Origin: an uncultured Acidimicrobiia bacterium
GTDB taxonomy: Bacteria > Actinomycetota > Acidimicrobiia > Acidimicrobiales > AC-14
Length of the DNA: 64,000 bases
Reading direction: 5' to 3'
Assembly: GCA_963836205.1 (NCBI GenBank)
Contig: CAWIIV010000007.1
Span: 96,001 to 160,000 of the forward strand
The stretch's first letter is position 1, and every line of letters begins with the position of its first letter. Positions 36,210 through 47,428 of this stretch are shown here, piece after piece. The translations under genes and the position numbers were made by a program. Under the pieces are notes generated by a model. That model did not search any database, was not told the DNA's origin, and was given only the letters and a program-made list of their open reading frames with translations.

Positions 36210-36932
36210 ATGACCGGCCCGCTGCTGGAGGTGCGCGACGTCCGCGTGGCCTACGGCCGCATCGAGGCGGTGAAAGGCGTGTCGTTCTCGGTCGACGCCG
36301 GGAGCCTGGTCACGCTCATCGGGAGCAACGGCGCGGGCAAGACCACCGTCCTGCGCACCATCTCCGGGCTGCTGAGCCCGACCGCGGGCGAGATCCACTT
36401 CGACGGCGAGCGCATCGACCAGCTGCCGGCCCACCAGATCGTCGAACGGGGCCTCGCCCACGCCCCCGAGGGCCGGCGCATCTTCCCCCGGATGTCGGTG
36501 CAGGAGAACCTCGACCTGGGCGCGTTCACCCGCAAGGACGGCCCGGCGGCGGTTACCGGCGACCTCGACGGTGTGTACGAACGTTTCCCCGTCCTCGGCG
36601 AGCGCCGGTCGCAGGCCGCGGGGACCCTGTCGGGCGGGGAGCAGCAGATGCTCGCCATCGGGCGGGCCCTCATGTGCCGGCCCCGCCTGCTCATGCTCGA
36701 CGAGCCGTCGATGGGGCTGTCGCCGATCATGATGCGCCGCATCTTCGACGCCCTGGCCGAGCTCAAGGTGGCCGGCACCACCGTCCTGCTGGTGGAGCAG
36801 AACGCGTCGGCCGCCCTGGCCCTCGCCGACGAGGCCCACGTGTTGGAGACGGGCCGCATCGTGCTCTCCGGCACCGCCGCCGACCTCCGCGACAACGCCC
36901 AGGTCCGCAAGGCCTACCTGGGCGAGGACTAG
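36210..36932 (+). CDS. livF: Branched-chain amino acid ABC ATPase
   Basis: GSNGAGKT, PEGRRIF, LSGGEQQMLAIGRAL, VRKAYLG. Confidence 0.93.
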   Translation: MTGPLLEVRDVRVAYGRIEAVKGVSFSVDAGSLVTLIGSNGAGKTTVLRTISGLLSPTAGEIHFDGERIDQLPAHQIVERGLAHAPEGRRIFPRMSVQENLDLGAFTRKDGPAAVTGDLDGVYERFPVLGERRSQAAGTLSGGEQQMLAIGRALMCRPRLLMLDEPSMGLSPIMMRRIFDALAELKVAGTTVLLVEQNASAALALADEAHVLETGRIVLSGTAADLRDNAQVRKAYLGED

Positions 36933-37095
36933 GAGTCGGTCGCTGCTGTCGACCTGGGGCCCGTTCCGCGGCACCCACACGGCGGTCGTGGGCATGAAAA
37001 GGTGCGTGCAGCACCCCTTTTCCGACCCAAGACCAAGCGGCCGGCCGGGACGACGGTGCGGCCGCTCGACGTCGGGCATCGTCGGCGTGGGCTGG

Positions 37096-37812
37096 TTACG
37101 AGGTGGCGCCGACCCGGGCGAGAACCTCCTCGACGGGGGCGACCAGGCCGGTGACGAAGGGGCCGAACTCGGCGTAGACGGCCGACGCCTGGTCGAAGCG
37201 CATCTCGTGGACGCACTCCTTGAGCGCGACCGGGTCGGTGGCGAAGAGGGTGACCGCCCACTCCCAGTCGTCGAGGCCGGTGGAGCCGGTGATGAGCTGC
37301 ACCACCCGTCCCGCGTACGTGCGGCCGACCCGTCCGTGGCCCTCCATCAGCGCCCGCCGCTCCTCGAAAGGAAGGGTGTACCAGTTGCCGGTGAGGTCGC
37401 GACGTTTCGACATGGGATAGAAGCACATGGCCCGCTTGCCCTCGGGCGGAAGCACCGGGTGGAGGCGGGACTCGAGCATCTCCGCCGGCATCCCCTTGGC
37501 GTACTCCGACACCTCGGTGAGCGACACGTAGGAGTCGGCCATGACCAGCCCGGCGGCGGCCAGGTCGGCCTGGAGCCGTTGGAGGCGCCAGAGGTCGGGG
37601 CCGACGGCCATGAACCCCAGGTCGCCCTTGTGGCCGAGGACGGCGAAGGTGACCACCTGGTAGTCGTCGGCCTGGCACGACTTCACCGCCGCCACCACCG
37701 CCTCCCGGTCGACGCCGCCCGCCGGCGCCTTGCAGAACAGGTGGAGCACGCACCAGCCCACGGAGGGGACGATCGGCGCAGTCGAGGAGGTGTCTTCAGT
37801 CACGGTTCCCAT
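37096..37812 (-). CDS. Chlorite dismutase family protein, probable coproheme decarboxylase (ChdC/HemQ)
   Basis: CFYPMSKRR...NWYTLP..ER..LM.GHG, GSTGLDDWEW, MRFD..SA.YAEFGPF. Confidence 0.88.
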   Translation of the reverse strand: MGTVTEDTSSTAPIVPSVGWCVLHLFCKAPAGGVDREAVVAAVKSCQADDYQVVTFAVLGHKGDLGFMAVGPDLWRLQRLQADLAAAGLVMADSYVSLTEVSEYAKGMPAEMLESRLHPVLPPEGKRAMCFYPMSKRRDLTGNWYTLPFEERRALMEGHGRVGRTYAGRVVQLITGSTGLDDWEWAVTLFATDPVALKECVHEMRFDQASAVYAEFGPFVTGLVAPVEEVLARVGATS

Positions 37813-37877
37813 TCTGGACGCGACGAAGGGGCCGGGTGGACCGGCCCCTTCGTCGAGAGTGCTGACCGAGTGGCGAC

Positions 37878-39527
<1,650 letters not shown>

Positions 39528-39554
39528 TTAGCACTCTCTTGCTGTGAGTGCTAA
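39528..39554. promoter_or_regulatory. CIRCE element (HrcA operator) upstream of groEL
   Basis: Perfect TTAGCACTC-N9-GAGTGCTAA. Confidence 0.96.
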
Positions 39555-39640
39555 CAGAATACCCACGGATCGGAGGGGTTTGGCAACCGGCGCCCCAATG
39601 GGTTTCGAGAGTGCCAGCCGCGACCGCCGATTCCGCCCAG

Positions 39641-39913
39641 CTATCCGCCGGCCACCGCCGGGATGATCGACACGGTCTGGCCCTCGCCGACGGCGGTGTC
39701 GAGGCCCTGGGCGAAGCGGACGTCCTCGTCGGCCACGAACACGTTGACGAAGCGGCGGAGCTGGCCGTCGTCGCCGAAGAGGCGCTCCTTGAAGCCGGGG
39801 TGGCCGGCCTCCAGGGCGGCGAGGACCTCGCCGACGGTCGCGCCGTCGACCTTGACCTCGCCCTCGCCCCCCGACAGGGTGCGCAGCTGGGTGGGGATGC
39901 GGACGGTGACCAT
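39641..39913 (-). CDS. MoaD/ThiS-family ubiquitin-like sulfur carrier protein
   Basis: MVTVRIPTQLR...RRFVNVFV...IIPAVAGG with terminal GG. Confidence 0.92.
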   Translation of the reverse strand: MVTVRIPTQLRTLSGGEGEVKVDGATVGEVLAALEAGHPGFKERLFGDDGQLRRFVNVFVADEDVRFAQGLDTAVGEGQTVSIIPAVAGG

Positions 39914-39915
39914 CT

Positions 39916-41160
39916 TCAGCCGATCTCCTCTAGTGGGCCCATGGCGGCCTCGAAGGCGGCCATCGTGGGGGCGATGGTGACGGTGGGGGCGACGAGGGGG
40001 GCGATGGCCTCCAACGTCTTGAGGCCGTGGCCGGTGATGTAGGCCACCACCCGCTCGTCGCTGCGGACGACCCCCGACGCGGCCAGCTTGGCCAGGGTGG
40101 CGACGGTGACGCCCCCGGCCGTCTCCGCGAAGATCCCCTCGGTGCGGGCCAGCAGGAGGATGGCGTCGCGGATCTCGTCGTCGGTGACAGACGCCAGCGC
40201 CCCCCCGCTCGCACGGACCGTCTCCAGGGCGTAGAACCCGTCGGCCGGGTTGCCGATGGCGAGGGACTTGGCGATGGTCTTGGGCTTCACCGGGCGGATG
40301 AAGTCGTGGCCCTCGATGAAGGCGGTGGCGACGGGGGAGCAGCCCTCGGCCTGGGCGCCGGAGATGCGCACGTGGGGCTCCTCGTCGAGCAGGCCAACCT
40401 TCCACAGCTCCTCGAAGCCTTTGGCGATCTTGGTCAGCTGTGACCCGGACGCCACCGGCACGACCACGTGGTCGGGGGTCTCCCAGCCCAGTTGCTCGGC
40501 CGTCTCGAAGGCCAGGGTCTTCGATCCCTCGGCGTAGTAGGTGCGCAGGTTGACGTTGACGAAGGCCCACGTGGGGCGCTCGGAGGCGAGCTCGGCGCAC
40601 AACCGGTTGACGTCGTCGTAGCTGCCCTCGACCGCCACCAGGTTGGGGCCGTAGACGGCGGTGGAGACCACCTTGCCCGACTCCAGGTCGGCGGGGATGA
40701 AGACCACGTGGCGCATCCCGGCCCGGGCCGCGTGGGCCGCCACCGAGTTGGCCAGGTTGCCGGTGGACGCGCACGCGGCCACTTTGAAGCCCATGGCCCG
40801 GGCCCGGGCCAGGGCCACCGAGACGACCCGGTCCTTGAACGAGCCGGTGGGGTTGAGGGTGTCGTTCTTGAGCCACAGCTCGCCCAGGCCCAGCTGGGCG
40901 GCCAGGCGGTCGGCCCGGACCAGGGGGGTGAAGCCCGCCCCCAGGTCGACGGCACCGTCGTTGACCGCCGGCAGCAGGTTGGCGTAGCGCCAGATCGACG
41001 CCGGCCCGGCCGCGATCGACTCCCGGGTGGTGGCGGCGGCGATGGCGTCGTAGTCGTAGCTGACCTCGAGCGGCCCGAAGCACCAGTCGCACACGTGCAA
41101 CGCCTCCGCCGGGAAGGCGCGCCCACACTCACGACATCGGAGACCTTCGACGAAGGACAC
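39916..41160 (-). CDS. thrC: Threonine synthase-like PLP enzyme (possibly O-phosphohomoserine sulfhydrylase)
   Basis: N-terminal CxxC..CxxC, NPTGSFKDR (PLP Lys), CASTGN, EGSKT, ITGHGLK. Confidence 0.85.
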   Translation of the reverse strand: MSFVEGLRCRECGRAFPAEALHVCDWCFGPLEVSYDYDAIAAATTRESIAAGPASIWRYANLLPAVNDGAVDLGAGFTPLVRADRLAAQLGLGELWLKNDTLNPTGSFKDRVVSVALARARAMGFKVAACASTGNLANSVAAHAARAGMRHVVFIPADLESGKVVSTAVYGPNLVAVEGSYDDVNRLCAELASERPTWAFVNVNLRTYYAEGSKTLAFETAEQLGWETPDHVVVPVASGSQLTKIAKGFEELWKVGLLDEEPHVRISGAQAEGCSPVATAFIEGHDFIRPVKPKTIAKSLAIGNPADGFYALETVRASGGALASVTDDEIRDAILLLARTEGIFAETAGGVTVATLAKLAASGVVRSDERVVAYITGHGLKTLEAIAPLVAPTVTIAPTMAAFEAAMGPLEEIG

Positions 41161-41188
41161 GTTGTTGACCACCTCGGGTCCCCTCCCA

Positions 41189-41292
41189 ATCATCGTTCCG
41201 GGCGGTGGCACCTGGCTCGTTCCCGCCGGGGGGCGGGGCGTGCTGGTTGTCGCGGTTTCGTCGGGCCCGGTCCCTCGACCGCTCTGGATGAG
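41189..41292 (-). ncRNA. SAM-I (S-box)-like riboswitch
   Basis: Minus strand CTCATCCAGAGCGGTCGAGGGACCGGGCCCGACGAAACCGCGACAACC...GGTGCC...GATGAT matches SAM-I consensus (ATCxAGAG, GAGGGA..GGCCC, CAACC, GGTGC, GAT) directly upstream of the thrC-like gene. Confidence 0.85.
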
Positions 41293-41328
41293 TTGCCATC
41301 ATCATAGGGGAGGCGGGAGCATGCCGTC

Positions 41329-42141
41329 GTGGCCCCGATCTCACTCCTTGGCCGCGTCTCGGTGTGCCTGCCGGCGCGCAACGAGGAGGCCACCGTCGGC
41401 CCCATCGTGGCCGCCGTCGTGCGGGAGCTGGTGGAGCGCAGGGGCGTGGTCGACGAGGTGGTCGTGGTCGACGACGGGTCCACCGACGCCACCGCCGCGG
41501 TGGCAGCGGCGGCGGGGGCGGTCGTGGCGACCGCGGCCGACGTCCTGCCCGGCGTGGGACCGGGCACGGGCAAGGGCGAGGCCCTGTGGAAGTCGCTCCA
41601 CGTGGCCACTGGCGACGTCCTTGTCTTCCTCGACGCCGACCTGCTCCATTTCGACCCCGCCTTCGTCACCGGGTTGTTGGGACCGCTGGCGGACGATCCG
41701 ACGGTCGGGTTCGTCAAGGGCTTCTACGAGCGTCCGGGCGGCGGCGGGCGGGTGACGGAGCTGGTGGCCCGGCCCATGCTGGGGCTGTTCTTCCCCGAGC
41801 TGGCCTGCGTCCGCCAGCCCCTGGGGGGCGAGTTCGCGGCCCGGCGGGAGGTGCTGGAGCAGGTGCCGTTCGTGCAGGGCTACGGGGTCGACCTGGCCCT
41901 GGTGGTCGACGTGGCCGCCCGCTTCGGGCCGGCCACCATCGCCCAGGTCGACCTCGGCGTGCGCACCCACCGCAACCGGCCCCTCGACGAGCTGGGGGCC
42001 CAGGCCACGGCGGTGCTGCGGGTGGCGTTGCAACGGGCCGGGATCGAGGACCGGCCCGGGTGGGGCTCGGCCGACGTGGCCCAGCGCCCACCCATCGTCG
42101 AGGTCGAGGAGTACCGGGCGGGCCGGGTCACCTGCCCCTGA
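41329..42141 (+). CDS. gpgS: Glucosyl-3-phosphoglycerate synthase
   Basis: PARNEEATVG, GKGEALWKS, FLDAD, GGRVTELVARP, QPLGGEFA, GYGVD. Confidence 0.88.
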   Translation: MAPISLLGRVSVCLPARNEEATVGPIVAAVVRELVERRGVVDEVVVVDDGSTDATAAVAAAAGAVVATAADVLPGVGPGTGKGEALWKSLHVATGDVLVFLDADLLHFDPAFVTGLLGPLADDPTVGFVKGFYERPGGGGRVTELVARPMLGLFFPELACVRQPLGGEFAARREVLEQVPFVQGYGVDLALVVDVAARFGPATIAQVDLGVRTHRNRPLDELGAQATAVLRVALQRAGIEDRPGWGSADVAQRPPIVEVEEYRAGRVTCP

Positions 42142-43153
42142 GGGCCAGCTCGGCGGCCACGACCGCGTCGACGCAGCCGATCGGGTCCCACGTCGCCTCC
42201 TCCCGCCCGAATCGTTCCACCAGGGACACGAGGGTGACGCCGAGGGGAAGGTCGGGGAGCAGGTCGACGGGGTCGATGACCCCGGCCACCACCAGGACGG
42301 GCACGCCCGCGTCGGCGGCCAGCTGGATGACGCCTCCAACGGCCTTGCCCGCGAAGGACTCCGCGTCGAGATGGCCCTCCCCGGTGACCACCAGGTCGGC
42401 CCCCGCGATGCGCTCGGCCAGGTCGAGGGTCTCCGCCACCAGCTCGAAGCCGGGGACGAGGACGGCCCCCGCGGCGGCCAGTCCCCCGGCCAGCCCTCCG
42501 GCCGCGCCCGACCCGGGCAGGCGGCGGACGTCGACGCCGTAGTCGCGGATGTAGACCTCGACCAGGCGCTCGAGGCGGCGGCGGAGGAGGGCGACCTGGG
42601 CCGCAGTGGCCCCCTTCTGGGGGGCGAAGACCTCGGCTGCGTCGACGAACAGGGTGGTGACGTCGCACGCCACCACCACCTCGACCGCGCCCCGGAGCCG
42701 CCGAGCGGGGTTGAGGGCGGTGAGGGCGGCCAGGCCGCCATCGGTGGTGGCCGACCCGCCCACGCCCACGATCACCCGGGTGGCGCCGGCGTCGAGGGCG
42801 GCGGCCAGCAGCTCGCCCGTTCCCCGGGTCGACGCCCGCAGGGGGTCGTTTCCGCCGGGCCCGCCCACCAGGTCGATCCCCGACGCCCGGGCCATCTCCA
42901 CCACAGCGGTGCCGTTGGCGTACATCCGCCACTCGGCCTGGACCTGGTCGCCGAGGGGGCCGTGGACCGTGGTGTGGCGGGGCGTGCCGCCCAGGGCCTC
43001 CAGGGTGCCCTCGCCGCCGTCGGCCACCGGGATCTGGTCGCACGACCACCCGTACCGCTCGGCGGCATGGGCGACGGCCACCGCCACCTGGGCGGCGGTG
43101 GCGGTGCCCCGGAACTTGTCCGGCGCGGCGACCAGTCGGGGGCCCGTTGCCAT
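42128..43153 (-). CDS. glxK: Glycerate kinase
   Basis: APDKFRGT, ADGGEGT, GVGGSATTDGG, GSGAAGGL, TGEG.LD..SF.GK. Confidence 0.9.
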   Translation of the reverse strand: MATGPRLVAAPDKFRGTATAAQVAVAVAHAAERYGWSCDQIPVADGGEGTLEALGGTPRHTTVHGPLGDQVQAEWRMYANGTAVVEMARASGIDLVGGPGGNDPLRASTRGTGELLAAALDAGATRVIVGVGGSATTDGGLAALTALNPARRLRGAVEVVVACDVTTLFVDAAEVFAPQKGATAAQVALLRRRLERLVEVYIRDYGVDVRRLPGSGAAGGLAGGLAAAGAVLVPGFELVAETLDLAERIAGADLVVTGEGHLDAESFAGKAVGGVIQLAADAGVPVLVVAGVIDPVDLLPDLPLGVTLVSLVERFGREEATWDPIGCVDAVVAAELALRGR

Positions 43154-43169
43154 GGCGTTATCGTGGCGC

Positions 43170-44606
43170 ATGGCCGATGCAATTCCGCCGGTCGTCCTCG
43201 TTTCCAACCGGGGTCCGCTCACGTTCACCCGGGACGACGACGGCGACCTGGTCGCCAGCCGGGGCGGCGGGGGCCTGGTGTCCAGCCTGGGGCCGATGGT
43301 GCGCGACGTGGGGGCCACGTGGATCGCGGCGGCCATGAGCGACGAGGACCGGGAGGCGGCGGCCGGGGGCGTGGTCGACGCCAAGGGCTTCAAGGTCCAC
43401 ACCCTGGCCGTCGATCCCCACGCCTACCGCATGGCCTACGACGTGGTGTCGAACGCCACCCTCTGGTTCCTCCACCACGGCCTGTTCGACCTCTCCCGCC
43501 GGCCCCGCCTCGACCGGCGGTGGGCGGAGGCCTGGGCCGCCTACCGCGAGGTCAACCACGCTTTCGCCCGGGCCGTCATCGACCAGGCCCCGGAGGGCGC
43601 GGTCGTCCTGGTGCAGGACTACCACCTGTCGCTGGTGGGCACGTGGCTGGCCCAGGAGCGTCCCGACCTGCGGGCGGTGCACTTCACCCATACCCCGTTC
43701 TGCAGTCCCGACCTGCTGCGGGTGCTGCCGGCCCGGGTGGCCGAGGAGCTGCTGGGAGGAATGGCGAGCCACACCGCGTGCGGCTTCCACGCCCGGCGGT
43801 GGGCCGACAACTTCGCCGCCTGCTGCTCGGAGGTGCTGGGGTGGGAGCCGGCGACGTTCGTGTCGCCCATCGCGCCCGACCTGGCCGAGCTGGAAGAGGT
43901 GGCCGCGTCCGACGAGTGCACGGCCGAGATCGAGAAGCTCGACGCCCTGGTCGACGGGCGCCTGCTCATCGTGCGGGTCGACCGCATCGAGCTGTCGAAG
44001 AACCTGATGCGGGGCTTCCTGGCCTTCGACGACCTCCTGCACACCCGGCCCGAGTGGCGGGGACGGGTGGTCTTCATGGCCCAGGCCTACCCGTCGCGCG
44101 AGTCGCTGCCCGAGTACCTGGCCTACCGCCAGGAGGTCGAGACCCTGGCCCGGCTGCTGAACGACCGGTGGGCGACGCCCGGCTGGACCCCCATCGTGCT
44201 CGACACGTCCGACAACTACGTCTCGTCGGTGGCCGCCCTCGTCCGCTACGACGTGCTCCTCGTCAACCCCGTCCGCGACGGCCTCAACCTGGTGGCCAAG
44301 GAAGGCGCCCTCCTCAACCGGAACAACGGGGTCCTGGCCCTCAGCCGGGAGGCGGGGGTGTGGGACGAGCTGGGTGAGACGGCCCTCGAGGTCAACCCGT
44401 TCGACGTGGCCGGCACGTCCGACGTCCTGTCAGCCGCGCTGACGATGGGAGCGGACGAGCGGGAGGCCCACGCCGCCGCCCTGCGCAAGGCGGCCGGGGC
44501 TCGCGTCCCCCACGACTGGCTGGCCGACCAGCTGGCGGCCGCCGCTACCGGGCGCCCGGGTTCGGGGGGTGCGGGCTCGACGGAGCCAGGGCCTGGAGCA
44601 GGCTGA
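43170..44606 (+). CDS. otsA: Trehalose-6-phosphate synthase
   Basis: VSNRGP, GGGGLV, VQDYHL, HFTHTPF, RVDRIELSKN, DGLNLVAKE, VNPFD. Confidence 0.92.
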   Translation: MADAIPPVVLVSNRGPLTFTRDDDGDLVASRGGGGLVSSLGPMVRDVGATWIAAAMSDEDREAAAGGVVDAKGFKVHTLAVDPHAYRMAYDVVSNATLWFLHHGLFDLSRRPRLDRRWAEAWAAYREVNHAFARAVIDQAPEGAVVLVQDYHLSLVGTWLAQERPDLRAVHFTHTPFCSPDLLRVLPARVAEELLGGMASHTACGFHARRWADNFAACCSEVLGWEPATFVSPIAPDLAELEEVAASDECTAEIEKLDALVDGRLLIVRVDRIELSKNLMRGFLAFDDLLHTRPEWRGRVVFMAQAYPSRESLPEYLAYRQEVETLARLLNDRWATPGWTPIVLDTSDNYVSSVAALVRYDVLLVNPVRDGLNLVAKEGALLNRNNGVLALSREAGVWDELGETALEVNPFDVAGTSDVLSAALTMGADEREAHAAALRKAAGARVPHDWLADQLAAAATGRPGSGGAGSTEPGPGAG

Positions 44607-45354
44607 GAGCGCCCTCGGGGCCCTCTACGACCACGTCGGCCCGCTCCAGCAGCTCCGACGGCGACTCCGGGCTGCGCACCGCCACCCGGGCGATGGTGAC
44701 GTCGCCGTCGGCGGCCAGCCGTTCGAGGGCGTCGAAGGCGTCGAGGTCGCCCCGGTCGTCGCCCACGAACAGCACGTGGCTGAGGCCGTCCGCCGACTCG
44801 GCCAGCACCAGCCCCTTGTCGTGGGGGAGGGGCGGGCGCAGCTCGTACGACATCCGGGCGGGGTGGACGGACAGCCCCGAGCGGGTGGCGGCGTCGGCCG
44901 TCCACTCCCGGGCCAGGTCGGCGTAGCCGGGGGAGATCCGGAAGTGGACGGCGACCGAGAGGTCCTTGCGCTCCACCCCCAGGGCCGGCGGCAGCTCGGC
45001 CTCGGCCCGGGCCGCCACCTCTTCGACCACGCTCCGCCAGCGCTTGGCCGCCGCCACCGGGCGCACACCGTCGGCCGTGACGACCTCCAGCCCGTAGAGG
45101 CCGGTGAGGGCGATCCCCCTCCCACCCAGGTGCTCGGCCAGGAAGGCCCCGGGACGGCCGGAGATCACGCCCACCCGGGCGTAGCAGTGAGCGAGGGCCT
45201 CGAGGGCCTCCGGGGCACCGGGGAGGGGACGGGCAGTGGTGGGATCGTCGACGATGAGGGCCAGGGTGCCGTCGAAGTCGGAGAACACGCCGGCCGTGTG
45301 GGAGTGGGCGGTGAAGGCCGAGATCACGCCCTGGGCGTCGCGCGAGAGGGCCAT
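44545..45354 (-). CDS. otsB: Trehalose-6-phosphate phosphatase (HAD)
   Basis: DFDGTL, ISGR, ELRPP..DKG, GDDRGD. Confidence 0.9.
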   Translation of the reverse strand: MALSRDAQGVISAFTAHSHTAGVFSDFDGTLALIVDDPTTARPLPGAPEALEALAHCYARVGVISGRPGAFLAEHLGGRGIALTGLYGLEVVTADGVRPVAAAKRWRSVVEEVAARAEAELPPALGVERKDLSVAVHFRISPGYADLAREWTADAATRSGLSVHPARMSYELRPPLPHDKGLVLAESADGLSHVLFVGDDRGDLDAFDALERLAADGDVTIARVAVRSPESPSELLERADVVVEGPEGALSLLQALAPSSPHPPNPGAR

Positions 45355-45372
45355 ACCGGTATCTTTGCCGCC

Positions 45373-46188
45373 GTGTCCCGACTTGGCCGGTATCGCCTGC
45401 CCCTCCTCGTGTTCGCCGGCGTCTTCGTGGTCGCCGGAACCCTCACCGGGTGCAGCGAGGACAAGGTGCAGGTGGCCTTCCGGCCCAAGGTGGGCGACAG
45501 CTTCCGTTACGAGCTGAAGGTGAAGTCGGTGACGGTCACCAAGCTCGGCACCGGCGCCCCCGAGCGCTCGGTCGACGAGGCCACCCTGGAGGCCACCGAC
45601 ACCGTCCTCGCCGCCGACCCCGAGGAGGTTCGGGTGCAGGTGGTCCTGCGCCGGGCGGGCTCACCCGACCGCAGCTTCGTCGTCCGCTTCGACCGGGCCG
45701 CCCAGCTGTCGGGCGTGGAGACGGTGGAGGGCCTGCCGCCGAGCGTCCTCGGTCCCCTGGCCTTCCCCGAGTTCCTGCCCGCGGCCGCCGCCGCCCCGCC
45801 CCTGCGCATGCTGAAGCCGGGGGAGAAGTGGAAGATCGACACCAAGCCCGTCCTCCCCGGAGGGGTCGAGGCCCACTTCGAGGGCACCGGGCGGCTGGTG
45901 AAGGTGGGCTCGTCGGGCGGGCGCAAGGTGGCGTCGTTGCAGTCCGACACCCGGCTGCCGTTGGTGAGCTCGAGCCAGGTGGGCAACATCACCGTTGCCC
46001 TGGAAGGGGTGGAGACCACCAGCGCCACCGCCACCCGGGCCTTGTCGGACGGGTCGGTGCAGGCGGCGTCGTCGCTGACGAAGGGCGACTTCCAGGTGAC
46101 CCTTACCGGCCCCGGCGGCGAGGACGCTCCCCCGGTGACGGGCACCATGACGGTGGAGATCCGCTCGGAGACGCGTCGCCTGTCGTGA
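45373..46188 (+). CDS. Hypothetical lipoprotein
   Basis: Signal with lipobox LTGC; typical host codon usage. Confidence 0.7.
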   Translation: MSRLGRYRLPLLVFAGVFVVAGTLTGCSEDKVQVAFRPKVGDSFRYELKVKSVTVTKLGTGAPERSVDEATLEATDTVLAADPEEVRVQVVLRRAGSPDRSFVVRFDRAAQLSGVETVEGLPPSVLGPLAFPEFLPAAAAAPPLRMLKPGEKWKIDTKPVLPGGVEAHFEGTGRLVKVGSSGGRKVASLQSDTRLPLVSSSQVGNITVALEGVETTSATATRALSDGSVQAASSLTKGDFQVTLTGPGGEDAPPVTGTMTVEIRSETRRLS

Positions 46189-46212
46189 GCGCGTCCGCCG
46201 GCGCCGCGTGCG

Positions 46213-46793
46213 TCAGGCGACGGTGGTGGAGGTGGTGGTGGTGACGTTGCGGGCGAGATCGGCACCGAGCAGGACGATGACGCTGGCGCCCTGGGTGTCG
46301 GGCACGGCCGGGGAGTTCAGGGGTTGCGCCGCGGTGCCGGGGAGGCCGAGGGTGAGGGCGATGGCCTGGGCCTCGGCCTGGTACCCGTCGGCGTACTGGA
46401 CGCTGGTGGCATCGAGGGCCTTGGTGGCGTCGACCGCGGTGAGCGTGTTGTAGCTCAGGGCCTTGAGGGCGTCGGCGGTCTGGCTGCCGAGGCCGCGGAT
46501 GCCCGTGCCGTTGGCCACCAGGACGGTGACCTCGGACGGCGCCCGGCTGGCGATCGTCGAGGGCGTGGTGGCCGCCGGCCCCGACGGCACGGTCGAGTTG
46601 GTGGACGAACCGCCGGACGGGATGGTGGTGACGCCGGTGTCGAGGCCCACGCCACTGTCGAAGTCGGTGTCGAAGGCCTGGAGCAGGACGATGCCCAGGA
46701 TGGCGGCCACGGCCAGCAGGATCGCGCCCCGCGCCCCGCGCTGCCGCCCGCGGACGCGGCCCGACCCCCGGCCCGGTTGGCGGGCTGGTTCAC
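46213..46793 (-). CDS. LytR C-terminal domain membrane protein (apparent frameshift near 46735)
   Basis: TM segment, Thr/Ser linker, VLVANGTGIRGLG...Y...A..IA..LG...VIVLLGAD. Confidence 0.8.
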
Positions 46794-46898
46794 GCGGAGG
46801 TCCTCGACGGTGCCGGCGCGGGCGTCACCGCGGTCACGGCGGTCATGGCGGTCCGGGGAGGTACGGCCCACGCACCCGGCAGAGCCGGGCCGGTGCCG

Positions 46899-47156
46899 TC
46901 ACCGGAACCGGCGTTCGGCCGGGCGGCCTTCGATACGGGCCCGGCGGCGGTCGACGCGCAGGCGCCGGAGTCGGCGGACCACCAGCGGGTCGTAGCGGAG
47001 GGCGTCGGGCGAGGTGAGCAGGACGCCGAGCACCTGGTAGTAGCGGGCCGGGGAGAGGGCGAAGCGGTGACGGATGGCGGCCTCCTTGGAGCCCGCCTCC
47101 TGCCACCAGGCGCGCTCGAAGTCGAGGATCGCCCGGTCGCGGTCGGAGAGTGCCAT
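46899..47156 (-). CDS. DUF3263 family protein
   Basis: LSDRDRAILDFERAWW..AGSKE.AIR..F.LS..RYYQ.L...DPLVVRRLRR. Confidence 0.88.
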   Translation of the reverse strand: MALSDRDRAILDFERAWWQEAGSKEAAIRHRFALSPARYYQVLGVLLTSPDALRYDPLVVRRLRRLRVDRRRARIEGRPAERRFR

Positions 47157-47324
47157 TGGCGTCAGGCTGCCCTCCGGGAGTCCCAAGATCAAGGACCCCC
47201 GTGGTGGCCGTACTCGGGGCGGCGGCGCCGGCATCGGTCGGGGCGCCGTCGGGTCGGCCTCGTCGCACGTCGTCAGGCTATCCGGCCGTCCCGCCGCCGG
47301 CCCTTCGGTAGCCTGGGACCTCCG

Positions 47325-47398
47325 GCCGGTGTGGCGCAGTCCGGTAGCGCAGGCGACTTGTAATCGTCAGGCCGTCGGTTCGAATCCGACCACCGGCT
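47325..47398 (+). tRNA. tRNA-Thr(TGT)
   Basis: GCCGGTG acceptor, GGCGA-CTTGTAA-TCGTC anticodon arm, GTCGGTTCGAATCCGAC T-arm; CCA not encoded. Confidence 0.95.
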
Positions 47399-47428
47399 CT
47401 CTGCTCGTGCCGATGCCGTTTGGCCGGC

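Noticed and set aside
39580-39617. Second CIRCE upstream of groEL
   Set aside because: Only a half-site-like GAGTGCCAG without a correctly spaced partner
39641-41128. 495-aa ORF ending in a MoaD domain
   Set aside because: The N-terminal ~400 aa are an alternate frame of the thrC-like gene; the real gene starts at ATG 39913
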